DNA of 45,775 nucleotides from Guillardia theta CCMP2712 (taxonomy: Eukaryota; Protista; Cryptophyta), in the NCBI RefSeq assembly GCF_000315625.1, contig NW_005434552.1:1-45775 (forward strand), in the 5' to 3' direction. The notes under the pieces are model-generated. The model searched no databases. It saw nothing but the letters and a program-made list of their open reading frames with translations, and was not told where the DNA came from. Below, piece after piece: positions 11,502 to 23,700 of the stretch. The position numbers were made by a program, and so were the translations under genes. Each line of letters opens with the position of its first letter. The stretch's first letter is position 1.

Positions 11502-13002
11502 GTCCCTTTCTCAGCCCAGGGAGAAACCTGCGTCAGGAGCTTGCATCAGCCGGCTTCAGATATCCTCTGTCCTCCACCACTCTCTCCTTCCCTCGTCTTA
11601 TGTCTCTCTATCTTGGATCTTCCTCTGTTTGTGGTTCGGTTTACAGCTCAACGATCGGATTACAGAGCAGCTCAGCTTTGTGTTGTACACCTGAGGCTTT
11701 CTGTCTATACACTCTGATCCTACTGCCTGCAACTGCAACACCAAGAGCGTATCAGTCGCCTGCTCTTTCAGAGCTTATCAAGTATTCACCTCAACAAATG
11801 CCGTCTATTCTTGATGATAAGACCCATGACTCATTCTGACTTCCCCTCTCTTGCTCACTTATCCATGCATGCCTTATTCTCTTTCGAAGTTCTGCCCTGC
11901 TTCCGACTCTGCCTCCTTCTCCCCCGCCGTCTCCTTTCTCCCTTTCAATGACTGTTCGTAGAGAGAGAGGAAAAACGACAGCGAGGGAAGAAAAGACAAG
12001 GAGAAAGAAAGAAATAAGACGATCAAGAGAGAAAGCTTCACTATCCTTTCTTGACAAAGAAAGAGAGGGACCAAGACCGCCGAAAAAAATTATCAAGCAC
12101 AGTGAAGGTTTCCTCTCTCCTTGGTATTCGTCATATTTCATCCCTTCCTTCAGCCGTTTCTTTTCCCTCCTCTCTTCTCCTTTCTTCTGTCTGTTGTCAC
12201 GTCTCCTTCTCTCTGCAGCAGCTACAAGACATCTCTCACACTAGCGACATGACAAGCTTGTCGTCATCCTCCCTCAAGCTCCTTCCATCCTCTCTCCCTC
12301 TCTCCTCCCGCTCTCCCCCTTCATCCTCCTGCCATGTTTCCCGCCCAACCACCCCTCTACATGGAGCCCTACCCTAGTCGCATACCACCCTGTATAATCC
12401 CATGGTTTTAGCCTATCAGGTACGGGTGAGCGACACCATCCTACCCTACCTGTTGATGTATTTTGCACTGCCCTACCCCACCCCCAGAAGCCCCAGGTTT
12501 CCGCTAGTCATCGTAAGGGGTGGACGCGCTAATTGGAGCAACGGATCCGAGGCGGACTGCTGCTAGGCTGATCGGACCGTACGGTAAAAGACATCGTGAC
12601 TCAGTGACGGTCACCGGGCCCGGGGTACAGTGACTGCGGCTGACTGTGCGGGCCCTGACTCAGCGGCCCTGGATGCCGACGAATGAAACCGAGTCGAAGC
12701 CTTCTCGCTGGGGGCCCGGAGGCTGAGCCTTGAAGCCCAGGATGATCGCTCTTAACGGGCTTGCGACTCGGATGAGCCGCACGGGCCGCGCCGGGCCCTC
12801 GCTCAAGAGGCTTCTGCTGACCTGACGCCCGGCCTGCGGAAGGCATCAAGGTCAAGACACGCGGCAGCTCTCAGTCTGAGCGAGGCTGCGAGAGCAGAGC
12901 TCCAGCTGGAGCACAGCAGCATCAAGCGAGCATCAGTGAGCGCAGAGGCATCAGAGCCTTGACTTGGACTCCAGCTGCCATCAAGTTGGCAACAATGGGA
13001 AA

Positions 13003-13102
13003 NNNNNNNNNNNNNNNNNNNNNNNNNNNNNNNNNNNNNNNNNNNNNNNNNNNNNNNNNNNNNNNNNNNNNNNNNNNNNNNNNNNNNNNNNNNNNNNNNN
13101 NN
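13003..13102. other. Assembly gap (100 N)
   Basis: Run of N. Confidence 0.99.
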
Positions 13103-13521
13103 TCCCTCCCTCCCCTCCCTCCCTCCCTCTCCTCACCGCACACACTCCCCTCCCCTCCTCTGCTGTTCCTCCTCCTCTCTCCTCCATCGCTCCTGCCGCT
13201 GTTGCCTCTGCCCCTCCTCCCCGTCGACCTTGTCCGTCAGAGCTCTGAGAGCGTCAGCTACTCTTCATCCGCGACCTCCGTCACCGCCGATTTCCATGTC
13301 AGCTCTCTCCCTCTCCTCGCATCTTTCTCTCCCTCATCAGACCTCCCAGCAGCACCCCAGCACAAGTCCTGGCTACCTCTCCAGCTGCTGGGCACATGCC
13401 TCCATCTCGCTCCTCTTTCTCACACCCTACCTCATGCTTGGATGGGTTGGAACCCCTCGCATGCCCACTATCATATCTTTTGAATGACAGAGAAAGAAAA
13501 GGCAAACTGGAGCAAACATGC

Positions 13522-14190
13522 AAGAGGAGGATAAACCCTACAAATCCGCCTCAACAAGACACCAGGAAACGGAGGAGGCAGCAATAACCGCTAATCCAAC
13601 CACGCAAGCGACGGCATGCACGGCAAGCAGGGGAACAAGGATCAGGACAAAGAGCAGTAGCGCAAGGCTCCTGTTTAGTTTTGAACTGTCAACCACTTGT
13701 TCCATCGATGCATTCATGCGGTTGCAATGCTATGCTGATTGGATGCGGATGCGAAGGTTGCGTTGCACTCATATGAGGTTCCAGCATCCGGCATATTGCA
13801 TTAGAGAGACTGCTGCAATATGCCTGATGCTGTGAATGCAGAACATCAACAACATGAAACGTACAGTATGAAATCTTCCTCACCGACGGCTGCTCATTTT
13901 GTGAGCATCGTGTCCTGGGTTTCGCGCCGTGCGTGCAAAATGCAACATGTCCTCGTTGAACACACAACAGGAAAGCTTTCAGGAACACAATCTTGTTGCC
14001 CAAGTGATTGTTCAACAATCGGAGGGTGAGCTCATGTGTGCAGGCTGGCATGAATCTATGCTGGCAGGATGATAGTTCATGTTATGTTGTCAACAAGGAA
14101 GAGGAGGATAAACCCTACAAACCCGCCTCAATAAAAACACCAGGAAACGGAGGAGGCAGCAAAACCGCTACTCCAACCACGCAAGCGACG
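13522..14190 (+). repeat. Pair of ~92-bp imperfect direct repeats (13522-13613, 14099-14190)
   Basis: AAGAGGAGGATAAACCCTACAAA...CCAACCACGCAAGCGACG occurs twice, 577 bp apart. Confidence 0.8.
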
Positions 14191-14618
14191 TATATAGTAG
14201 TAGTATCGGAGGACGTGGCCCTGCCATGGAAGTTTGTGGTTTGAAATATTGTGCAACAATAAAATTGACAAAAAACCAATGGAAAAGTATTGAACCTAAT
14301 TCGAATCCTACTTATTAAGATCCCATAGCACTGCTCACGTCGGCTTTTACCGGAGCAGTTTAAGTAAAACTTTAGTACCTACAACGTGCTGAGACCTGTA
14401 CACCGGAAGCCTGGGGGTGACCCGTCCTGCTGACCGTTACAGGGGTGGGAGGGCCAGGGGTAGTGAAAAAAAATACTAGTCCGTCTGGTAGCCCAGTCGG
14501 ACCGGTTCTTTGCAGCTACTCGGTACGGGTCCTCAGCCTTCCGCCGAACAGCCGACCAATTTTTTTAACAAGATAGCAATTCCGATGATCAGGGTGGGTG
14601 CCAGAGAGGCTGTACGCC

Positions 14619-14719
14619 ATGGCTGTTGGGCAGCAGGTTGTTGACGTTGCTTGCAAGGTTATGATGATGGAGATGATGATGGAGATGATGATTATGATGA
14701 TGATGGAGATGATGATGGA

Positions 14720-14768
<49 letters not shown>

Positions 14769-17700
14769 ATGATGATGATGGAAATTATGAAGGAGATATT
14801 GACATGATGATGATGGAGATGATGATCATGATGATGATGATGGTAAAGGCGTGTGTAACTGTTCGACAGGTGGTGGTGTTGATTCTCCTACTCATGAGCA
14901 CGGCTTCTCTCGCCGCTGTGTCCACTCTACATGGGATGAAGTACACAGTCGCTGAGACGGCTCAGCTGCACATGGAAGGAGGCATCACCGATCTGAAAGC
15001 GACCGACATGAAGATCTATTGGGGTTCTCTGGGAGCTTGGAGTGAAGGGAATGACATCCTGACATCCGACTCTGTCATCGAAGTCTACCTCCCGCGGTTT
15101 TCAGGTGGATCGAACCTGTTCGGTGCATACCGGTCTGGCGGTGCCGAAACGAATGTCCAGTGGATGAAGCAGAGTCAAGTCGTTACCATATCTGAAAGCC
15201 TATCCAAGACGTGGGCAACCGTTCCATCTCCTGTTTCCAACCAAGCCGCATCCGGAAACGGTCCTGGGGCCGGGGGATGCTTCGGAATAACACAAGACCT
15301 CTCGTCCAACGCGTTCGATCTCAAGCAGATACGTGCAGATTCCTTCTCCATGTGCCACTGGGACTCACAGAAAGAGACGCTCCGTCTGCTGGTGTCTTCG
15401 TCGCGTCGCATCACCGGTGTATACATCAGCAAGGTGTCGCTCTTTCAGAACTATGACGCTCATGGCAAGCAGAACGGTCTCGGTCCCTTGCCACCGATAG
15501 GAGGGATTGACGAGCAGTGGTATCAGTTGGCGCATGTTGCCATCTATCAAGCCTCTGGCTCTCTGAGAGGCTGCGCCGTCAGCTCTATCAGCGACTTCCC
15601 GTCGACGTCATGCGCAAGCGATCTCCTGGTGTATCAAGTTCCCTTCGATCAGTATCGATCTGTCAGGTTTGGGACGGACCTTCCTCCAATCCCCACACGA
15701 AAGGGAGCTGGAGGCGTCGGCACAGTAGCGCCTCCATCCTTCGTCTATGCCGCAGCGTCTGGAAACAACGATGGGCCGAATCAAGCCGTGTGTATCACCG
15801 TCACGTTAGTCAGCTCCTCCACCATCTACTCCGTCGCTGCCAACCCGACCATGATCTCCCTGACTGGCCTGACGGGAAGCTTGTCGCCAAGTCAGTACAT
15901 TCCGCTCTTCCAGAGCAAGTGTCAGTGCGAGGGGTCGAGCACAGCACAGGAGCTCATGCCTCCGAGGTTTCGAACCTCCACAAGCACGCAGGCTGTTGGT
16001 CAGGCAGAGTTCCATGCCGAGGGGACCTTGACGCTGCAGCTTATTCCGGGTCAGTACATTCAAGCGGGAGAGGTCGTGACTTTCTCCTTCAGTTTGAATA
16101 CTGGTGGGAACCCCCAGACCTCCCGGGACTTGAGAGTTTCATTGTCGGGTCAAAGCTGTTCGACGAACGACTTCTGCACGTCATCCAGCTCTGTATCGGT
16201 TACGATCCCTCCTAGGAAGTTTGACTCCTCTTCCAAGATCTTGGAGGTAGTTGGCAACAAGTTGAGAGTGTCCATGTTTCAGAGCTCCAGCGATCCTGGC
16301 TCTATGACCAATGTCTTTGTAACCTTGCAACCCAACTTCAACGTTGAGGTTGGGTCGGTGATAAGCTTTCAAGGAGTCTGCGGCACACAAACGAACACTG
16401 CTTACGTAGCTCTGATGAGCAACAGGCTAAATGGTGGAACCCCGTTGACTGACAAGTGCACTGGAAACCCCAAGGAAGTCGACCTGGCAGACTACTGGCC
16501 CAGTACAAGGCTAGATTGGAGCATAGGAGGGCCTCTAAAATTGACTCTAGAGCACAGCCTCGGCCTCAATGCTCGAGGGACCTATGCCCTGTCCTGGTCA
16601 TGGCAAAATGTCAACACGGCAAATTCGGCCTGCTCCCTAACGGTGACTGTGCACAAGGGAGGAAACGTCGTGAACGCTGAAGTAGTGGAGAACATCGGGA
16701 GTACGGTTGGCAACGTGGCTCCTCCTGGCTTCATCAAGTACAAGATAGGACAGACTACCACTCGCCCGGATACGACCAACTATATCTGTGTCACGCTCAG
16801 AANNNNNNNNNNNNNNNNNNNNNNNNNNNNNNNNNNNNNNNNNNNNNNNNNNNNNNNNNNNNNNNNNNNNNNNNNNNNNNNNNNNNNNNNNNNNNNNNNN
16901 NNCGAATCTCAACGCAGCCCATCTCACAAGGTCAGAACACTCTGGCTCAGATTACAATCTCAGGTCTGCATGGCTCCCAGACAGGCAAATCGCCAATCAT
17001 CAGCGCATGTCCGACCTTCGACTGGAACTTGTTCCAGCTGCGTCCTGTGGCTGATCCTCCAACTGCGCATTTCGTGGACAAGGTCGTAGGAGGGACGCTG
17101 CATCGGACCACAAGCTGGGCTTCGGGATCAGCTGTGTTGACTGTCAATCAGGATGATAAGGCTGGCAATGCTTACTTCTCCATCCCCCAGCAGCAGGATG
17201 TTGTGTTTGCGCTAGTCCTGAAGAACCCAAAGGGTCCCAACCCCTGCCAGTCAGTGTCCCTGAGCCTCTCAGCTCATGGACCAGGAAACACTCCGGTTAC
17301 GCAGACCGTTACAATGGTTCAAAACCCTCTTGATAGAGCCTTGGAGGATGGAGAGGTCGATGGGGATGTCTGTGTTCTCAAGACTTACGACTACAACTTC
17401 CCGACGAGAGTCATCGCGCAGTCGTCGCCTGTCGTACAGGAGAGCAACGTCATCACCATCACTCTGCGGTCTAACATGAACATGTTGAGTAGCTTCTACG
17501 GCTCTCAGATCACCATCTCTGGTCTGCAGGGTACAGACACTACGGGCACAAGCTTGTTGGCGACTGCGGTTTCAGACCAATACTTCCCGAACATTCAGAA
17601 GACAAGTTGGGATGCCAGTCAAGGCAAGCTAGTAGTCTATCTCGCCCAAGGGACCTGTCAGCTACCTGTCAAAGGCCAGCCCTCTTACTGTATCTATGCG

Positions 17701-20700
17701 GGCTGGACCTATGTATGGCGTTACACCTTCAAGAATGGAGCCGCAGAGCAAGCAAGCCCGGCTGTGTCCATCTCATCTCAGTTTGCTCAAGGGAGGATTA
17801 CCAACCCACAAGTCATGACTTCGCCGATGAGCTCCGACTTTCATGTCCTCTACATGACCAGAAACCTTCTCAACAAGTACAACATCGGACAGTTGAATCC
17901 TGCTCCTGGAGCTGTCAATCCTGTTTGCATCACCTTGAGAGCAAGCAAGACGATCACTGCCCCTACCACCTTCACCCTCACAGGGTTGAACATGTTCTCC
18001 TCCAGCACCAACGTTGCCTTGTACGACGAGTACGCGACTGCCCCGCTTGCCGGGGGGTTGTTCCAGACGGTCGGAGCAAACCCGCAGAGCAACTACGCGA
18101 CGTACGATCAATCAACGATCCGGTTCCAGCTGGGTCCATCGCAGTCTCTTCAAGAGAGTGTAAAGTACAAGTTTTGCTTCAGGCTCACTAACGCCGTCAC
18201 GGGTCATGCCACCTGTCCTCAGGTCTCGTTGATCGTCGATTCGCATTCTGCACCAGCGGCGTTCAAGGGGTCGCAGGCGTATCTGTGCAACAACGAGGCG
18301 AGCAGGAGGGTCACAGGCTACCCCTCCGAGCCCTCAGGGTGCGCTGGTTACGTCTCAGATCGCAAGTTCGTATCGTCAACCCTCCGGTCAGGGTCAAACG
18401 TGACTGCAAGTACTGCGTGGCTGACGATGGAGCTACAGCCCAACTATCCTCTCACCCCTGGCCACACAATCACCGTTGGCTCGTTCCTGAGCATGAAGAA
18501 CGCGGGGTCGTCGGACGTGCCATGTACGATAGTTCGCAATGGCCAGGTGGTCAACTCTGTCACCAATCAGCACAGTAACAAGGGAATCTTTGCTGCTGCT
18601 ACGTTCGAGAGTGTTTGCAAGTTCATCGACAACCAGATCAAGATTTCTTACACGGGGGGCCAAGGCTCGTCCTCCAGTCTGGTCTACGACCCATATTACG
18701 ACGTGACTGCTCGCCGATCGAGGGGTCTGTACAAGGTGGAGGTGATGGCCGGGGGCTCTCAGTATGGAGCTGCCAGCGTCATCATCTGTGACATCACGCC
18801 TGGCGAAGAGTTCTGGACCAAGACGACCTGCACAGATGCTGGAGTAGTGTTTGCTGCTGGCAGCTCAGCCAGGGCACAAGCGACCGTCTTGTCTGGCACT
18901 GTTGTCTCCATCAATCTCACGGCGTCGGGATCAGGCTACGCTGTCGCTCCCCGCGTGTTCATAGTCGACCCTACAGGGTCAGGCAGGGGTGCTCTAGCAA
19001 GAGCCTTTGTATACGACTTGTCCATCTACACGGTGCAGCTTCAGCTTGTCAATCAGAACACTCCTGCCCCTGCTGGAAGCTTCACGGTCTCGTCTCAGTC
19101 GTTTGTACCTGCCGCTTTAGACAGCGGGGATGGAGCTCTATCCAAGTCAAGCTTGAAGCTTCATGATCACAATAGCTCTCAGGTTGTCTTCACTGTCACT
19201 CCCCAACACAACCTCTACGAGGGTGACATGCTCCTCGTCAACCTGCCGGCATATGACGTCATCACTGGGCCGATCTTTGGAGTTACCTCCTCCCCCAACC
19301 CAGCCTTTACGACCTTCTCGACCCAGCTGGAGTGGGAGCTGAACTACCACGAGAAAGATCGGGCTCGAGCTTACGTCAGCAACGGCTGGGTAGCGGATGG
19401 CAACAGGCATCGCTCGGGAGACGGAGACGTTGACGGCTTGTTCGTGCTGTCGCCAGAGGATGATGGCTACAACAAGAACAAGGACCTGTGCTGGAGCCGA
19501 GTCTCCTGCCCTTGGGGCTTCCCGGACAGCGACATCACCTTCTCGAACCCATCCAGCACTTTGTCACTAGTCAAGGTACAGAGTACTTCTTCGTCTCTGG
19601 GCCACTCGCACGACATCTGTTACAAGAACAGCAGCTTCAACCTGCCCCATCCGTCAGACTACGTCGGTATGCAGCTCAAGTGCCGCAACAACCAGCACCA
19701 GGCGACCGACGGAGGTCAAGTCACCAGCGTGCGAGTGCGACATGGCGGGCTGACGGCCGTCAGCGGGAGGTACACAGAGACTTCAAGCATCTCCGCTGCA
19801 GCACCGACGTTTGTGGCAGCAGCAGCTGGTGCAACCAGTCAAGCTACCGGGTCGCTGATGTACCAGGTGGTTGGAGTTCAGTACATGTCAGGCAGCTCCT
19901 TGACAGATGGTGACGTCATTGTGTTTGACTCGACCTACCAAGTGTCGCCTGCCGCTGCCTCTGTCTCGTCCCTCTACAGCACCAGCCCAGCTGTGCATGT
20001 CGCGTCTCCCGGCTTGTACTCAGGCTTCCCGTACGCGACAGTCACTGGCAAGGACACGCAACTTCAAGTGCTGCTGAGCGTATCGAGCGCCAGCCTGTCC
20101 TCTCAAGGCAGCGGATACACTTCCATCCCAACCGTTACAACCTCCCTCAAGCCAAGTGTTGCTCTGCCTTCCGAAGTCCAGCAGCTGGAGCTTCCCGTGT
20201 TTGACGTGACGGTGACAAACGCTACCGGCACTGTCATCACCCAGTCTATCCTCGACTACAACCCAGCTAGACAATGCTTCGTGGTGGCGGAAGAGTTTCC
20301 GACTTCCTTCTTGAGCGACTGTCAGGTCGTGCCCAAGGAGCAGGTCGGTCGGTACACCGGCATGACAGCGATGATCGGGTCCAACGAGTACGTCATCAAG
20401 CAGGGAGCAGGTGGCGTCTACTGGGTGGCAGACCTCAAGGGCAACAAGCCCCGGAGCGTCGACCTGGCCAACAAGCCCTACACCATCTACACGCAGCTGC
20501 AGCTGCAGGTGGCGAAGGGCAAGTGGATCCGACAGGGCGAGAGCGTCAGCATCAGCATCCCCGGCTACCGGTTCAAGTCGGTCCCTAGCAACCCCAACGC
20601 GTTCGTCACTCCCTCTACGGATGACGCCTCCAAGACCATCCGAGAGAGGACGAGGTTTCAGTTCGCGACGCCCATCAGCGTTGGCAACGTTGGTATGGCA

Positions 20701-23700
20701 GGAGCGACGACGGCAAGGATGCTGATGTTTGGTGGGGCCATCTCAAGCAGCGACACCTGTACCATCCAGGGGAGCGACATAGAGGCCCCTCAGACCTCCG
20801 ACGGGGTGACGGTCAACCATGCTGAGACCATGACTAGTGTAGGAGCGAGCAAGCCAGTCTTCCTTCCTCCCTCGACGTGGGGCTCCGGATATCTCAAGCC
20901 CGCATGGTTCAAAGGTACCTGCGCCTCAAGCAGAGCCTTGCACGGTATCTTCATGCTTGATGGTCAAAGGACAGGCGTCGAATGGATCGAGGTCGTGACC
21001 CCCGGCACTAGTTGCAGCTCCAACGTCAACGTTATCATCTCCAGCCCTTCCAAGGATGCAGTAACCGACGCCTTGACAAACGATCCTGTCTGTCCCGACG
21101 ACTCCAGCCTGTGCACTCAGGCAACGGCTGTTGCGACGGTTAGCGGAGGCTCGATCACGGGCATTGCCCTGACAAACGGAGGGAGTGGATATTTCTTGGC
21201 GCCTACGGTGAGGCTGGTCAACTCAGACTCCAACACTCCTTGCGACGCCTTTGCCGTCGCTCATCTGTCTCATAACTTTACAGCTCGACTGCAAGTGTCG
21301 CCGAACTCAAACCTGATGATGTATCGGAGCGAAAGAGACCAGTACGACTCGCTCACTGGCTTGCACTCTGCTGTATTCTCCCCGGTATCTCTCCACAAGA
21401 AGCATGACGCAAGGAAGATAACCGCTGAGGTCGGCACAGGATACGTCGCTGCCATTGTCGTCACGTCGGTTCCCCCTGCCTCCTGTGCCGGCCCGATAGA
21501 AATCGAGGCTCCGCCTTCAGGCAGGACCGCAAGGGCTCAGGCAGCAGCAGCTGCAGGCTTGTCGTTCATTCAGGTGATCGATGGAGGCTACGGCTACGAG
21601 TATCCTCCCGCCGTCAGCTTTGCTTGCGGGCAAGGCGCTGCTCGCGCTATCCTAGGCTTCACTACCGCAGATGTTCACATGGCTGGAACCAGGGTCAACT
21701 CTTCTTACACGGGGCTACAACCTGCCCTGCTCTCAGCTGTCACGTCAGCACCAGCCTTTCAGACTACCGTGGACTCGCCGGTGGTGGTTGGCTTCAACAG
21801 CGTCTGCAGCAACGGGGCTACACTGACCTACTCCCGGGCCGGCAGCGGATGGAACAACTCGCGGGTGACTGGGATCAGCCTACCTGTCGGCATCAACCTC
21901 AACGGGTTTGCCTTCGGCTTCACGTCCGTTACCATCAGCCCTTCTCCTGTCAACGCCCACGGGCTGGTCGACCCTGCAGCAGACGCTCTCGCAGTTCCCA
22001 CCTGGTCCTTTCCTGCCTCAGGATCAGTGCTTGTCAACGGAGTGGAGGGGGTGGTGCAGTCGCTGCCTGGCACCGGGTCAGGCAAGGGCGTGAATTCAAT
22101 CATTCTGTACGATGGGCCGAGCTCCAAGGTTGAGCTGACAACCTGCGACAAGGCCGTTCTTGTCTTCAACCCTCCACAACGTCCAGGAGGGAAGACCTTG
22201 AAAGTTCAACTGCTTCAACCCGCTGGCTCCAGCCTTCCCATCTACGTGATCGTGCAGCAGGGGCAGGGGTACGCCAACATCCCGATAGTCGTTGACATTG
22301 ACTTCGACGTCGGAGGCTCCGCCAAGAGCTACTCCAAGGACTTTGCTGACCTCTCAAGCAGCCAGCAGGCTACCTGCAGGCCCTCCTACTTTGCCTTCAA
22401 CACAGCATACCAGGGCTACAACGTCTACTCGGCATTCGTCAGGTCCTCCAGCACTTCAGCACAGCCAACAGGCCTGACGCTAGATGGAGTGCTGATGACG
22501 CGGGAAGGGTACGGGTACGAGACTGCTCCTCCAGCCACCTTGAGCTGCAGCGGATGCTCCACCAGCCAGTGTGCTGATCAGTACGCGTCCTCCATCGCCA
22601 ATGACGTCTGCACGGCCTCTGCTCTCACCGTTGACGCTACGGTGAGCGGGGGATGCACGGGAGGCTGTCAACGGCAGGTGAATGTCAACGCTTTCTTCTC
22701 ACCCAACAACGGCAACGGAATGCAGATCTGCTCGCCTGCTGCTGGTGCCGGTGACTACCGTACACGCAAGACGCTCCAAATGCGCGTGTCCAACGGGCTA
22801 TCTGCCTTCTCAACCAACAACGTGTACACTGTTAGACGCAGCCAGGGCTTCCAAGGCGCGAAGGGCTCACTGATCTTCAAGATCACCGGCAACGGCGCCT
22901 TCTCCCTCTCGTCTCTCTGCGAGGTCCCACGAGTCATCGTGGAGCCTCCACCTAGCGGGGGGGTGCAGGCTCAGGTCAACCTTGACTACCTCGACACCTC
23001 TTACGACCCTTACACCAACAGACCGTCCGCAAGCTTGACAGCAGCCAGCAAGGGGTTTGCAGCTGAGAATGCAACGTACAGGTACCTGCTCAAGGTCGTC
23101 AATGCAGGATCAGGGTACCTCAAACCTCCGAGCATCAGCATAGTCTCACCGTCGGGTCTGTTGCCTACCTGCCCTCCTCCCATAGTTGGCGCCTTCCCGA
23201 GGAACGGGCTGGTTGCGTCCAGGGTGGAGCTCATTCGAAACATTTCTCTCCCCGAAGCCAACCAGGGAAGTACTAAGGTCCAGCCGACGTGCAGCAGCGG
23301 ATCGTTCGTCGTCAAGTCACTTTGCCCAGGCTCCAAGCAGTGTACGAGCTCTTACTCGCGAGCAGAGCTGAACCCGCTCCCTTCCTGCTCGACGTCATCG
23401 CAGTGCGCCGGTTGCAGTACCTTCCCTTGTTCGTCCCATGCATGCGGGCCTGACAATTGTCCTTCTTACCTCTCGACGGTACTCGACGCTTCTCTTTCTG
23501 ACGTGGTGCCAGACGAAGCGCTCGCTGTGATCGGATGGGATGCTCGGGCCCAGCAGCCAGTCCTGCTCAACCAGGGCTTCGGGTTTTCTCCCAGCTCGCC
23601 TAACCCGCTCCGACTTGAGTTCCCCTCCGACTCAGGGCAGGCGTATCCCTGCGCGGAGATTCTTCTCTACCTCTCAGCTGACTACAGCTCTGAGGCCCTT

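Larger units (their letters stand above)
8154..12563. repeat. Segmental duplication unit B (paralogous to 984-5815)
   Basis: High identity to unit A outside the ankyrin array. Confidence 0.92.

Noticed and set aside
12564-13500. Short ORFs around the first gap
   Set aside because: Degenerate low-complexity sequence with no recognisable domain.
14598-14869. Poly-Met / poly-Asp N-terminus of ORFs 14598-14807 and 14651-17089
   Set aside because: Translation of a (GAT)n microsatellite that most likely lies in an intron.
16903-17089. Separate genes or a frameshift on either side of 16803-16902
   Set aside because: The frame change coincides with an arbitrary 100-N gap, and the repeat type continues across it.
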